Shown: positions 1 through 9,488 of the stretch, piece by piece
Layout of the letters: the number at the start of each line of letters is the position of its first letter
Position numbering within the stretch: position 1 is the first letter of the stretch
Assembly (NCBI GenBank): GCA_947085095.1
Contig: CAMTVD010000024.1
Location: 1 to 42,640, forward strand
DNA from: an uncultured Thermus sp.
GTDB taxonomy: Bacteria; Deinococcota; Deinococci; Deinococcales; Thermaceae
DNA: 42,640 bases
Direction: 5' to 3'
Position numbers and translations under genes: made by a program
The notes under the pieces: generated by a model
Seen by the model: the letters and a program-made list of their open reading frames with translations, nothing else
What the model was told of the DNA's origin: nothing
The model's database searches: none

Positions 1-142
1 ATGGAGGGTGTGTGGCGGCGGGTGAAGGGGTTTTTGATGCCTCGGCGGCACTACGGGGGGGTTGAGGAGCTTAGGGAGGCGGTGGTTCAGGCCCTCAAGG
101 CCCTGGGGGGTGTGGAGTTGAAAATCTTGGGGGAGGGTACTA
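1..142 (+). mobile_element. Right end of an IS630-family insertion sequence, followed by a probable TA target dinucleotide (141-142)
   Basis: Frame 1 reads MEGVWRRVKGFLMPRRHYGGVEELREAV, the (NP)xExxWxxxK tail of IS630/Tc1 DDE transposases. Composition changes after ...[15 protein letters not shown]630 elements target TA. The exact end is inferred. Confidence 0.7.
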
Positions 143-159
143 CGCAACCTCCTCAGTGA
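1..159 (+). CDS. IS630-family transposase, C-terminal fragment (5' part outside the window)
   Basis: Open frame 1..159 ending in TGA at 157-159; ExVWxxxK motif carrying the last DDE glutamate. Confidence 0.7.
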   Translation: MEGVWRRVKGFLMPRRHYGGVEELREAVVQALKALGGVELKILGEGTTQPPQ

Positions 160-530
160 ACCTGGCAGGCCTCGAGGAGATTGCCGTCCAGGTCTTTGAA
201 CGTGAAGTACGTAACGCCTCCGCTATTGATCACCTGCCCGACATCAACACCACGCTCTCGCAGCAGGGTCCATGTCTCGCGCGCATCCGCGACGGAGAAG
301 ATGGGAAAGGTCCTCGCGTGGTCAGAGCACAGCGTCTCGCCTGGCTTCAGTTCCCACAGAGTCAGGCTTGTAGTCCCACCGAGGTGGAAGACGCAAAGTC
401 GTTCCGCCGGATCAAAGTATGCCTCGGCCAATCCGAGCTTCTCCAGATACCAGCGCTTCGCCAGTTCAATGTTCCGAACGCGCACGAGCACTGTGTCAAG
501 CCCTCGAAACACACCTGCACCTTTCGCCAT
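153..530 (-). CDS. VOC (glyoxalase/bleomycin-resistance-like) family protein
   Basis: LDTVLVRVRNIELAKRWYLEKLGL ... FTFKDLDGNLLE VOC signature; GAGGAG SD upstream; less GC-biased codons than the core genes. Confidence 0.85.
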   Translation of the reverse strand: MAKGAGVFRGLDTVLVRVRNIELAKRWYLEKLGLAEAYFDPAERLCVFHLGGTTSLTLWELKPGETLCSDHARTFPIFSVADARETWTLLRERGVDVGQVINSGGVTYFTFKDLDGNLLEACQVH

Positions 531-716
531 CGGTTCTCCTCTGTGTTGCGTATTGTAGCTGCCCTCCCATCACTTGTCCGCCGAATCCACATTTAGACCG
601 ACCAGTCTAACACCCCGCCTGCTTCAGCCTAAGACGCCAGCGGGCCGCCCGACGCTCTCTCGCAGCGATCCGACCCGACGGAGTCTCAGCTACCCTGTCC
701 GCCTCCTTGTCGAAAT

Positions 717-746
717 AAGATACCACACCACTTGTGGTCATGTCAG
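717..746 (-). promoter_or_regulatory. Leftward sigmaA-type promoter CTGACA-18-TATCTT with extended TG and an internal palindrome
   Basis: Minus strand CTGACA tgaccacaagtggtgtgg TATCTT; palindrome ACCAC-TT-GTGGT at 727-738 in the spacer. Confidence 0.5.
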
Positions 747-831
747 GGGGATCTCCTTTCTAGGGTCGGTCCCCCTTTTATGCCCTTCAGCGTCTCACGT
801 GTGTCTCTCTGGATTCAGTAAGCTGAAAACG

Positions 832-3300
832 GTGCGGGTGGTGGTGGCCCACGAGAACCTGGACTTTGATGCCCTGGGGTCTATGGTCCTTGCGGGGAAG
901 CTCTTTCCGGGGAGCGCGCTGGCCTTGGTGGGGGGCCTCGAGGGCCCCCTAAAGGAGATCGCTCCCCTTTTGGAAGACCGCCTGGACCTGGTGCCCGCTT
1001 CGGAGGTCCCCTTGGGGCGGGTTTCCGAGGTGGTCTTGGTGGACAACGCCCGCCCCGAGCGCATCGGTCCTTTCAAAGCTTTGGTGGGCCGGGTGCCCTT
1101 CTTGGTCTACGACCACCATCCGCCCGCCCCGGGGGATGTGCCCGCTGTGGGGGGGCGGGTTCAGGAGGTGGGGGCCACGGTGAGCCTCCTGGTGCCCCTC
1201 CTAAGGGAGCGGAGCCTCTCCCTCACCCCTTTGGAGGCCACCCTGGCCTACGCGGGGATCTGGGAGGACACCGGGGGGTTTAGCTTCCCCTCCACCACGC
1301 CCCAGGACCTCGAGGCCGCCCACTTCCTCGCTCTGCAAGGGGCGGAGATCCCGAGGGTGCGGGAATGGGTCCGGCCCCACCTGGGGGCGGAGGCCAGGGC
1401 CATCCTCCAGGCTCTCCTCAAGACCGCCAGGTGGGTGGAGGTGGAAGGGTTCCGCCTGCTCCTTGCCCGGGCGAGGGAGGAGGGGTACGTTCCCGCCCTG
1501 GCCCCCCTGGCCCACACCCTCCTGGACCTGCACCAGGCGGACGGGGTGCTTTTGGTCCTGCGCCTGGGCAAGGAGGTGCTCCTCATCGCCCGGAGCAAGG
1601 ACCGCTTGGACGTGGCCCGCTGGATGGCCCAGGTGGGGGGTGGGGGGCATCCCCGGGCGGCCTTCGCCCGGGTGAGGGGGGAGCGGGGCGCGGTCAAGAA
1701 GCTTCTGCAGAGTCTTTCTCGTTATCTGGCCCCCGAGCCGACCCTGAGAGAGATGATGACCTCCCCGGTGGAGGTCCTGCCCCCCACCACGGCGCGGGAG
1801 GCCCTTAGGGTCCTGGAGGAGCGAGGGTATGGGGCCATGCCGGTGGTGGTCCCCCTCGAGGAGGGTGGGGTGCGGGTTTTGGGCCTGGCCCGCAGGCGGG
1901 ACCTGAGGAAGGCGGAGCGCCTGGGCCTGGCCGATCATCCCGTGGAGGGCTTTCTGGCCCGGGCGGTGATCCTGCCCCCGGAAACCCCCCTCTCCCAGGC
2001 GGAGGCCCGGCTCAAGGACGGTGGGGGGAGGGTGCTGGTGGGGGAGGGGTCCAGGCTTCTCGGCATCTTCACCCGCACCGACCTCTACCGAAAGCGGCCC
2101 GTCCAGGAAACCCCCTTGGGGGAGCGGATCCTCACGGCCCTCCCCGAGGGGGCGCGGCAGGTGCTCCTGGCCCTCAAGGAGGCTTTTCCCCAGGGGGTTT
2201 ACCTGGTGGGGGGCGCGGTGCGGGACGCCCTCCTCCTGCGCTCTGGGCCGGACATAGACCTGGTGCTGGAGCCCGGGGTGCGGGTGGGGGAGGTGGCCCG
2301 CTTTCTGGTGGCGCGTTTCGGGGGGAGCTACGCCCTGCACTACGCCTTCGGCACGGGAAGGGTGCGCCTGCCCTTTGGCCTTTCCGTGGACCTGGCGGAA
2401 AGCCGGGAGGAGGTCTACCCCTACCCCGGGGCCCTGCCCCAGGTGCGGCCCGCTCCCATCGCCAAGGACCTGGAAAGGCGGGATTACACGGTGAACGCCA
2501 TGGCCCTTGCCTTGGCCACCTGGGAGCTTTTGGACCCCTACGGCGGACTCAGGGACCTGGAGGCCCGGGTCCTCCGTCCCCTCCACCCCCTCTCCTTCGT
2601 GGAGGACCCTAGCCGCATCGTGCGGGGGGCGCGCCTCGCCGCCAGGCTCTCTTTCCACTTCGCCGAGGAGGCCCTGAAGGCCCTGCCGCCAGCCCTCCTC
2701 CCCGAGGTCCTGGCCACCGCCAGCAAAAGCCGCCTCCGGGACGAGCTTTTCCTCACCCTCGAGGAGGACACCTGCCTCGAGGCCCTGGCCCTCCTGGAGG
2801 AGCTTTCCGCCCTTTACCCCCTCTACCGTCTCCGTTTGCCCCCGAAGGAGCCCTTTGCCCGCCTCCTCCGCCACCCCCCCCTGGAGGGCCCGCCCAAGGC
2901 CATGATGGAGGCCCGGCTTCTCCTTCTCCTCTACTTCCAGGAGGCCCCCCTGGAAAGGGCCCAGGGCCTGGCCGTGCCCAGGCGCTTGCAGGAGGGCCTG
3001 AGCCTCCTTTTGCGGCTGGGGAAGGGAGAGGAGGTGGAGGGGGAGGCCCTGAAGAAGGAGCCCCTGAGGAGCGCCTTCCTCGCCCTCTTTCCCGAGAAAG
3101 AGGGGTTGCTTTGGCAAAAGCGCAGGGTCCTCATGGGGAGGGACCTCCTGGAGATGGGGCTCAAGCCCGGGCCCAGGGTGGGGGAGGTCCTCAAGGAGGT
3201 GGCCGAGGCCCGGGCCAGGGGCGAGGTCAGGACCTTTGAGGAGGAACTGGCTCTAGCCCGTAGACTGGTGGGCGATGGGACTCTTTCCTCTCCTCAATGA
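832..3300 (+). CDS. DHH/DHHA1-CBS-tRNA nucleotidyltransferase (CCA class, probably the A-adding enzyme)
   Basis: HENLDFDA, DHH and GGGGH (DHH/DHHA1); CBS pair; GGAVRD, DID, RRDYTVNAMA and EDPSR motifs. Start moved to GTG 832 (TAAGCT -10 at 819-824); the track's 574 extension is probably non-coding. Confidence 0.88.
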   Translation: MRVVVAHENLDFDALGSMVLAGKLFPGSALALVGGLEGPLKEIAPLLEDRLDLVPASEVPLGRVSEVVLVDNARPERIGPFKALVGRVPFLVYDHHPPAPGDVPAVGGRVQEVGATVSLLVPLLRERSLSLTPLEATLAYAGIWEDTGGFSFPSTTPQDLEAAHFLALQGAEIPRVREWVRPHLGAEARAILQALLKTARWVEVEGFRLLLARAREEGYVPALAPLAHTLLDLHQADGVLLVLRLGKEVLLIARSKDRLDVARWMAQVGGGGHPRAAFARVRGERGAVKKLLQSLSRYLAPEPTLREMMTSPVEVLPPTTAREALRVLEERGYGAMPVVVPLEEGGVRVLGLARRRDLRKAERLGLADHPVEGFLARAVILPPETPLSQAEARLKDGGGRVLVGEGSRLLGIFTRTDLYRKRPVQETPLGERILTALPEGARQVLLALKEAFPQGVYLVGGAVRDALLLRSGPDIDLVLEPGVRVGEVARFLVARFGGSYALHYAFGTGRVRLPFGLSVDLAESREEVYPYPGALPQVRPAPIAKDLERRDYTVNAMALALATWELLDPYGGLRDLEARVLRPLHPLSFVEDPSRIVRGARLAARLSFHFAEEALKALPPALLPEVLATASKSRLRDELFLTLEEDTCLEALALLEELSALYPLYRLRLPPKEPFARLLRHPPLEGPPKAMMEARLLLLLYFQEAPLERAQGLAVPRRLQEGLSLLLRLGKGEEVEGEALKKEPLRSAFLALFPEKEGLLWQKRRVLMGRDLLEMGLKPGPRVGEVLKEVAEARARGEVRTFEEELALARRLVGDGTLSSPQ

Positions 3301-3880
3301 TCCCCCGGTCTTCCTGGTGGCCTTCACCTTCGCCGCCCTGGGGCTTATCCTCCACAACCTCGCTCAGGCCTACCTGGCAGACCGCTATGGGGAAACGGCT
3401 CCCCGGCGCTACGGCTTCCTCTCCCTGGACCTCAGGGTCCACCTGGAGCCTTTGGGCCTGGTCCTCCTTCTCCTTCTGGGCTTCGGCTGGCCCCGCTTTG
3501 TGCCCACCCATCTGCCGGGGCGCAAGGGGGCTTTGGTGGCCCTCATGGGGCCCTTGGGCTTCTTCCTCGCCGCCTTCCTCTTTGGCCTTTTGGCCCGCTT
3601 TCTGCCCTATCCCTTTGGGGAGGGTCTCCTGGTGGCCCACCGCCTCATGCTTCTCCACGCCGCCATCTACCTCTTTCCCATTCCCCCCTTGGACGGGGCT
3701 AAGGCCCTCTATGCGGTGGGGGGCCTCGAGGCCCGGCGCTTTCTGGACCAGCTCTCCAGCCTGGGCCCCGTGGGCTTCATCCTTATCTTCCTGGTCCTCT
3801 CCTTTACCGGGGTTACCGCCTCCGTGGTCCAGGGGCTTTCCGGCCTGCTCACTTCCCTTTACCGGATGCTGGGCCTATGA
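3275..3880 (+). CDS. Site-2 protease (M50)-like membrane protein lacking HExxH
   Basis: Paralogous to the next gene (GFGW, PIPPLDG) but has HNLAQ in place of HExxH. Confidence 0.8.
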   Translation: MGLFPLLNDPPVFLVAFTFAALGLILHNLAQAYLADRYGETAPRRYGFLSLDLRVHLEPLGLVLLLLLGFGWPRFVPTHLPGRKGALVALMGPLGFFLAAFLFGLLARFLPYPFGEGLLVAHRLMLLHAAIYLFPIPPLDGAKALYAVGGLEARRFLDQLSSLGPVGFILIFLVLSFTGVTASVVQGLSGLLTSLYRMLGL

Positions 3881-4536
3881 TCGCCCTCCTGCAGCAAGAC
3901 CCCCTGGCCTTCGCCCTGGCCCTTCTGGCCCTCCTCCTTAGCCTCGCCCTCCACGAGTGGGGCCACGCCTACGCCGCCTACCGCTTCGGGGACGAGACCG
4001 CAAAGCGCCTGGGCCGCCTCACCCTGAACCCCCTGAAGCACCTGGACCCTTTAGGCACGGTCCTGCTCCTCCTGGTGGGCTTCGGCTGGGCCAAGCCGGT
4101 GCCCGTCAACCCCCTGGCCTTCCGGGGCTACCGCCTGGGCCTCTTCGTGGTCTCCATCGCCGGCATCGTCATCAACCTGGCCTTGGCGGTCTTGTTTGCC
4201 CTCCTGGTGAGAGGGCTCTTTGCCCTGGACCCCTTGGGCGTGGCCCTCACCTTCCGGGGGGAGGGGCAGACGCTCCTGGGGGTTTTGGCCTTGGCCTTTT
4301 TCTTCGCCAGCAGCATCAACCTGGTCCTGGCCGTCTTCAACCTCCTGCCCATCCCCCCCTTGGACGGCTCCAAGATCCTGCAAAGCCTCCTCCCCCTCTC
4401 CTGGCAACCCCTCCTCTGGCGGTTGGAGCAGTACGCCTGGCTCTCCTTCCTCCTCATCTTCTTCGTGCTCCGGGGGCCCATCCAGGAGGTGCTCCGCTTC
4501 GCCCGCAGGGTGTTCTTTGGCTTTTTCTTTGGCTAG
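3877..4536 (+). CDS. Site-2 protease, peptidase M50 family
   Basis: HEWGH zinc motif, [26 protein letters not shown] overlap with the upstream gene. Confidence 0.92.
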   Translation: MIALLQQDPLAFALALLALLLSLALHEWGHAYAAYRFGDETAKRLGRLTLNPLKHLDPLGTVLLLLVGFGWAKPVPVNPLAFRGYRLGLFVVSIAGIVINLALAVLFALLVRGLFALDPLGVALTFRGEGQTLLGVLALAFFFASSINLVLAVFNLLPIPPLDGSKILQSLLPLSWQPLLWRLEQYAWLSFLLIFFVLRGPIQEVLRFARRVFFGFFFG

Positions 4537-4545
4537 ACTGGGGGC

Positions 4546-4764
4546 ATGCGCGGCCTTAGCCTGGCGGTCTCGGTGGCGGCCCTTCTCCTCCTTTTTCCCG
4601 CCCTCTTGCCCCTCTTGGGCTGGCTCAACTGGATCGTCCTGCCCCTGGCCCTTTTGGGGGCGGGGCTCGGGGTGGTCTTCGGGGAGGACCGGGCCTTTAG
4701 GCTGGGGCTTCTCGTTCTGGTGGTCTCCGCCCTACGGCTTATCCTGGGGGGCGGCCTCCTCTAG
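4546..4764 (+). CDS. Small hydrophobic membrane protein
   Basis: 72 aa with about 3 hydrophobic segments; TAGACT -10 box 6 nt upstream of the ATG. Confidence 0.7.
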   Translation: MRGLSLAVSVAALLLLFPALLPLLGWLNWIVLPLALLGAGLGVVFGEDRAFRLGLLVLVVSALRLILGGGLL

Positions 4765-5562
4765 CCACTCCCGGAGGATCCTCAGGTTCCAGGCGTCCTC
4801 CTCGGGGCTTCTGGGGGTTTCCAGGATGAAGACCCGGCCCCTTAGCCTGGGGTCCAGGAGGACCCCCTTCAAGCCCTCGCCGATCTGGCCCTTCAGAAGG
4901 TGGGCGTGGTGGTCTATCCGGCTCCCGAACTCCCCCACGGAGTCGTTGAGGTGGACCACGGGGACCCGGTCCAGGCCCACGGCCCGGTCCAGCTCCCCCA
5001 AGACCCCTTGGGGGTCCCCCTTGACCTCGTAGCCCGCGGCATAGGCGTGGCAGGTGTCCAAACAGACCCCCATGGGGGTGCCCTCCACCAGCCAGGCCAG
5101 CTCCTCAAAGCGGCTTCCCACCTTCTCCCCGCCCCCGGCGGTGTTCTCCAGGAGGAGGGTGGGCCTCTCCCTGATCCCGGCGAGGCGCAAGGCCCTTAGG
5201 GCCCCTTCCTTCACCCGCTTGGGGTCGCCGGAGCCGGGGTGGACCACCACGTACTCTATGCCCAGGATGGCGGCCTTTTCCAGGTCGTCCGCCAGGCTCA
5301 TGACGCTCTTTTCCCAAAGCTCCCCTTCCGCCCCCAGGTTCACCAGGTAGGAGGCGTGGATCACCACGGGAAGCCCTCCCGCCATTTCCTTGAGGGCGCG
5401 GAAGGCCTCCACCTCGCCTGGGGCGAGGGCGCGGGTCCGCCAGCTCCTGGGGCTTTTGGCGAAGATCTGGAAGGCGGTGAGGCCCAGGGCCATGGCCTCC
5501 TCGAGGGCCCCGGCCACCCCCTTCTTCCCGGCGATGGAGAGGTGAAAACCGTAGCGGACCAT
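4732..5562 (-). CDS. nfo: Endonuclease IV (AP endonuclease)
   Basis: GFHLS, QIF, HASYLVNL, HPG, ENTAG, DTCH, HLNDS and ETP motifs. Confidence 0.95.
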   Translation of the reverse strand: MVRYGFHLSIAGKKGVAGALEEAMALGLTAFQIFAKSPRSWRTRALAPGEVEAFRALKEMAGGLPVVIHASYLVNLGAEGELWEKSVMSLADDLEKAAILGIEYVVVHPGSGDPKRVKEGALRALRLAGIRERPTLLLENTAGGGEKVGSRFEELAWLVEGTPMGVCLDTCHAYAAGYEVKGDPQGVLGELDRAVGLDRVPVVHLNDSVGEFGSRIDHHAHLLKGQIGEGLKGVLLDPRLRGRVFILETPRSPEEDAWNLRILREWLEEAAPQDKP

Positions 5563-6059
5563 TACTCCGCCACCTCGAGGCGCACAGGGGTGGCGGAGAG
5601 GGCCCCGATGGCCTTGGCGGCGGCGTAGGAGAGGTCAATGATGAACCGCCCGCCGAAGGGCCCCCGGTCGTTGATGCGCACCACCACGCTCTTGCCGTTT
5701 CTCAGATTGGTGACCCGCACCCGGGTGCCGAAGGGGAGGCTGGGGTGGGCGGCGGTGAGGGCGTGCATGTCGTAAACCTCCCCGCTGGCCGTCCTTCTGC
5801 CGTGGAAGCCGGGGCCGTACCAGACGGCGAGCCCCTCCTGGAAGAAGCGGCCTGGCCTGGAGGCGGCTTCCCTGGGGCTCACCTTGAGCTTTTGGCCGGG
5901 GAAGATGCGCTCCGAGGTGAGGCCGTTTAGCCGCATGAGCTCCGCCACGCTGAGGCCGTGGGCCCGGGCGATGCGGTAGAGGGTGTCCCCCTTCTGCACC
6001 GTGTAGGTCTGGGCTAGGGCCAGGGTCAGGAGGAAGGGGAGAAGGAAAAAGGGCCGCAC
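5562..6059 (-). CDS. rlpA: LysM + RlpA-like (DPBB) lytic transglycosylase
   Basis: Signal peptide, LysM (YTVQKGDTLYRIA), AxWYG, TAAH, VRINDRGP, IIDLS. Confidence 0.9.
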   Translation of the reverse strand: MRPFFLLPFLLTLALAQTYTVQKGDTLYRIARAHGLSVAELMRLNGLTSERIFPGQKLKVSPREAASRPGRFFQEGLAVWYGPGFHGRRTASGEVYDMHALTAAHPSLPFGTRVRVTNLRNGKSVVVRINDRGPFGGRFIIDLSYAAAKAIGALSATPVRLEVAE

Positions 6060-6060
6060 C

Positions 6061-7098
6061 CTATACCTCCAGGTAGCCCCGGGGGAAGCGGGAGAGGAGC
6101 TCTATCCCCTCCTCGGTGAGGAGGACCAGCTCCTCTATCCTTACCCCGCCCACCCCGGGCAGGTAGACCCCGGGCTCCACGGTGACCACCATGCCGGGCT
6201 CCAGGACCTCCTCCGTGTAGGGGGAGAGGCTTGGCCCCTCGTGCACCGCCAGGCCCACCCCGTGGCCCAGGGAGTGGACGAAGTGGCGGTCCAGGCCGTG
6301 GCGCTTGAGCTCCTCCCGGGCCAGGGCGTCCACCTCCTTGCCCGTCCTTCCTGGCTTCAGGTTTTCTAGGGCCGCCTCCAGGGCGGCGAGGACCGCCTGG
6401 TAAACCCGGCGCATCTCGGGAGAGGGCTTTCCTAGGGCGAAGGTGCGGGTCATGTCCGAGTGGTACCCCGCCACCTTGGCCCCCAGGTCCAGGGTGATGA
6501 GCTCCCCCGCCGTAAGCCTCTTCTCCGAGGCCCCGGCGTGGGGCAAGGCCCCCCGCGCCCCCGAGGCCACGATGGGGGGGAAGGCCACGCCCTCAGCCCC
6601 CCGCCGGCGCAGGAAGAACTCTATCTCCAAGGCCACTTCCCGCTCCTCCACCCCCGGCCTGAGGAGGGTGAGGGCGTGGGCCAGGGCCTCCTCCGCCAGG
6701 GCCTGGGCCTTTCGGATCCTCTGCACCTCCTCCGGGGTCTTCTTCAGGCGGAGGCGTTCAATAACCCCCTTGGTGGGCACCCACTCCGCCGGAGAGAGCT
6801 CGCGGAGGCGCTCCAAAGCGGCGTAGGGGAGGTGCTCCGCCTCAAAACCCACCCGGCCCTTCAGCTCCTTGAAGAGAGCCTCCTTCTCCTCCCGCTTTAG
6901 GACCTTTACGGGGATCTTGCTTTCCCGCTCCGCCTCGGGGTAGCGGGGATCGGTGAGGAGAAAGGCCCCTTCCAGGCTGAGGAGAACCTGGGCGTCCTCC
7001 GGGTGGGGGAAGCCCGAGAGGTAGCGCACGTTCTCCGGGCGGGTGACGTAGAGGGCTTCCAACTCCAGGGGTTCTAGGAGGGTCTTGGCTTCCAGCAC
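6061..7098 (-). CDS. Xaa-Pro aminopeptidase/prolidase, M24B
   Basis: DLGA, SDMTRT, HSLGHGVGL, HE, TVEPG, GVRIE; TATAGT -10 box 6 nt upstream. Confidence 0.92.
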   Translation of the reverse strand: MLEAKTLLEPLELEALYVTRPENVRYLSGFPHPEDAQVLLSLEGAFLLTDPRYPEAERESKIPVKVLKREEKEALFKELKGRVGFEAEHLPYAALERLRELSPAEWVPTKGVIERLRLKKTPEEVQRIRKAQALAEEALAHALTLLRPGVEEREVALEIEFFLRRRGAEGVAFPPIVASGARGALPHAGASEKRLTAGELITLDLGAKVAGYHSDMTRTFALGKPSPEMRRVYQAVLAALEAALENLKPGRTGKEVDALAREELKRHGLDRHFVHSLGHGVGLAVHEGPSLSPYTEEVLEPGMVVTVEPGVYLPGVGGVRIEELVLLTEEGIELLSRFPRGYLEV

Positions 7099-7260
7099 GG
7101 GGGCACTATACCCTCAGGCCCGCCCCCTGGTAAAGCGTCCGGGACTGGCCGGTGGTATGGCCTTGTGACCCGTTCGGGAGCGGCTTGGCTCTGCCTCAGA
7201 GAAGGGCGTGAGGCGGGCGCTTGGCCACGGCTTCCCCGCTCTGGGGTTCAGAATAGGGGC

Positions 7261-7794
7261 ATGGGCTACGTCCTGTTGGCTTACCTCTTAGGCTCCTTGG
7301 TGGGGGGGCTTCTCTTCTTTCCCGAGGTGCAGAAGCGGGACCTTCCTGGGGGTTCGGGGGTGTTCCGGCAGAGGGGCCCCCTGGCTGCCCTTCTGGTGGC
7401 CTCTTGGGACTTGGGCAAGGGGGTTCTGGCGGCCTTCTTGACCCCTGCCGAGTGGCGTGCCTTAGCCGCGGGGGCGGTGGTGGTCGGGCACAACTGGCCC
7501 CTTTTCTTTCGCTTCCGGGGCGGGGGTGGGATCGCTCCCTCCTTGGGCTTCTTCCTGTTCTGGTTTCCCAGGGAAGCCCTCATGGCCACCGGCCTCGGCC
7601 TCCTGGTGGCGGGGATCTACCACCTCCTCTACTGGCGGCGCAGGCGGACAGGGATTTACCCCATCCCCTTTGGGGCCATGTGGGGCTACGTGGTCCTCTT
7701 CTTCCTGGTGCCTCCCGCGGGCAAGCTGGGGGTGTTCCTTGCGGCGGTGGCGGTGGCCCTGAGGGGCCTGCAAATCCTCCGGGGGAGATGGTAG
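7261..7794 (+). CDS. plsY: Glycerol-3-phosphate acyltransferase PlsY-like
   Basis: [28 protein letters not shown]; start ATG 7261. Confidence 0.75.
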   Translation: MGYVLLAYLLGSLVGGLLFFPEVQKRDLPGGSGVFRQRGPLAALLVASWDLGKGVLAAFLTPAEWRALAAGAVVVGHNWPLFFRFRGGGGIAPSLGFFLFWFPREALMATGLGLLVAGIYHLLYWRRRRTGIYPIPFGAMWGYVVLFFLVPPAGKLGVFLAAVAVALRGLQILRGRW

Positions 7795-8594
7795 CTTTAG
7801 GGCATGACCTGCGCTTCGGTAACGGAAGGTGGGGGATTTTGGAGGGGGAGCTGGTCCTGGAGACGGATGGTCCCGGGGGCAACCCCACGGGGAGGCGGTA
7901 CGACCTGGCCTCGGTGCGCCTTTTGGTGCCCGCCACTCCCAGCAAGATCGTCTGCGTGGGGCGGAACTACAAGGAGCACATCAGGGAGATGGGGCACGAT
8001 TTCGGGGAGGATCTCCCCAAGGAGCCCGGCCTCTTCCTCAAGGCCCCCAACACCCTGGCCCATCCGGCCAACCCCCGGGACCCCGCCCACACCGGGGACG
8101 CGGTGCCTTACCCCTTCTTCACCCAGGAGCTCCATTACGAGGGGGAGCTGGCCGTGGTGGTGATGGACCGGATGCGGAACGTCCCTCCGGAGAGGGCCCT
8201 GGACCACGTCCTGGGCTACACCATCGCCGTGGACATCACCGCCCGGGATGCCCAGAAAAAGGACCTGCAGTGGGTCCGGGCCAAGAGCGCCGACAAGTTC
8301 CTGCCCTTGGGGCCTTGGATTGAGACCGATCTGGACCCCATGAACACCTGGGTGCGCACCTACGTGAACGAGGAGCTCCGCCAGGAGGGGCACACCTCGC
8401 AGATGATCTTCAGCGTGGCGGAGATTCTGGCCTATATCTCCAGCTTCATGACCCTCGAGCCCCTGGACGTGGTCCTCACCGGCACCCCCTCCGGGGTGGG
8501 GGCCCTGAGCCCGGGGGACCGCCTCGAGGTGGCGGTGGAGGGCATCGGCACCCTGCACACCCGCGTCGGCCCCAAGGAGGAAAGGCCGTGGTGA
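7788..8594 (+). CDS. Fumarylacetoacetate hydrolase family protein; start uncertain (possible frameshift at the native start)
   Basis: [29 protein letters not shown]. The in-frame ATG is at 7788; the promoter-proximal ATG at 7804 is out of frame. Confidence 0.85.
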   Translation: MVALGHDLRFGNGRWGILEGELVLETDGPGGNPTGRRYDLASVRLLVPATPSKIVCVGRNYKEHIREMGHDFGEDLPKEPGLFLKAPNTLAHPANPRDPAHTGDAVPYPFFTQELHYEGELAVVVMDRMRNVPPERALDHVLGYTIAVDITARDAQKKDLQWVRAKSADKFLPLGPWIETDLDPMNTWVRTYVNEELRQEGHTSQMIFSVAEILAYISSFMTLEPLDVVLTGTPSGVGALSPGDRLEVAVEGIGTLHTRVGPKEERPW

Positions 8595-9487
8595 AGGTTC
8601 TGGACCTCCAGTTCCAAGGGGCAAAGCGGGTCATCGCCAGCTTTCTCCTGGAGTCCAAGGAGGGGCCCATCCTCATAGAAACCGGTCCGGAGAGCGCCTA
8701 TCCCCGCCTGGTGGCGGCCCTGGAGGCGGAGGGCTTAACCCCAAAGGAGGTGGGCCACGTCTTCGTGACCCACATCCACCTGGACCACGCCGGGGCCGCC
8801 TGGCGCCTGGCGGAGCTCGGGGCCAGGGTCTATGTGCATCCCAAGGGAGCCCCCCACCTGGTGGACCCCTCCCGGCTTCTCGCCTCGGCGGAGCGCATCT
8901 ACGGGGAGATGCTTAGACCCCTCTGGGGGGAGCTAAAGGGGATTTCCCAGGAGAGGATCCGGGTCCTTGCGGACGGGGAGGTGGTGGAGGTGGGCGGGGT
9001 GAAGGTGCAGGCCCTGGAGACCCCGGGCCACGCGGGCCACCACCACGCCTACCTGGTGGAGGGGGTGGTCTTCGCCGGGGACATCGCCGGGGTGCGCATC
9101 GCCCCGGGACCCGTCCTGCCCCCCACCCCGCCCCCCGACATCCACCTGGAGAGCTGGTACGCCTCCTTGGACCGCCTCCTCGCCCTGCGCCCCGAGGCCC
9201 TCTACCTCACCCACTTCGGGGCCTATGGGGACGTGGAGGCCCACCTCCTGGCCCTCCGGGAGACCCTCGAGGCCTGGGCGGGGTTCGTCCTCGCCCGGAT
9301 GCGGGAGGGCCTTTCCCAAGAGGAGATGACCCGGCGCTTTGAGGCCTACTGGCGGGAGGGCCTGGCCAAGGCGGGGGTGGACGAGGCGGGGATGCGCCTT
9401 TACGAGCTCGCCGACCCCCCCTACATGAACCTCCAGGGCCTGGTGCGCTACTGGCAGAAGCACCACCCGGAGGTCTTGGAGGGCTAG
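8588..9487 (+). CDS. Metallo-beta-lactamase-fold hydrolase
   Basis: [20 protein letters not shown]. Confidence 0.9.
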   Translation: MVKVLDLQFQGAKRVIASFLLESKEGPILIETGPESAYPRLVAALEAEGLTPKEVGHVFVTHIHLDHAGAAWRLAELGARVYVHPKGAPHLVDPSRLLASAERIYGEMLRPLWGELKGISQERIRVLADGEVVEVGGVKVQALETPGHAGHHHAYLVEGVVFAGDIAGVRIAPGPVLPPTPPPDIHLESWYASLDRLLALRPEALYLTHFGAYGDVEAHLLALRETLEAWAGFVLARMREGLSQEEMTRRFEAYWREGLAKAGVDEAGMRLYELADPPYMNLQGLVRYWQKHHPEVLEG

Positions 9488-9488
9488 G

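Noticed and set aside
575..720. Complete attC site, tRNA or dif site
   Set aside because: No matching RYYYAAC left arm, no cloverleaf and only superficial dif similarity; kept only as a tentative half-site finding
574..831. 86-aa N-terminal extension of the tRNA nucleotidyltransferase
   Set aside because: Atypical composition; DHH homology starts at GTG 832, which has a -10 box directly upstream
1201..3117. Long antisense or alternative-frame ORFs (also 9207-10772, 18702-20111, 22484-24019, 41060-42538 and many others)
   Set aside because: Shadow ORFs of real genes caused by high GC3; no recognisable motifs
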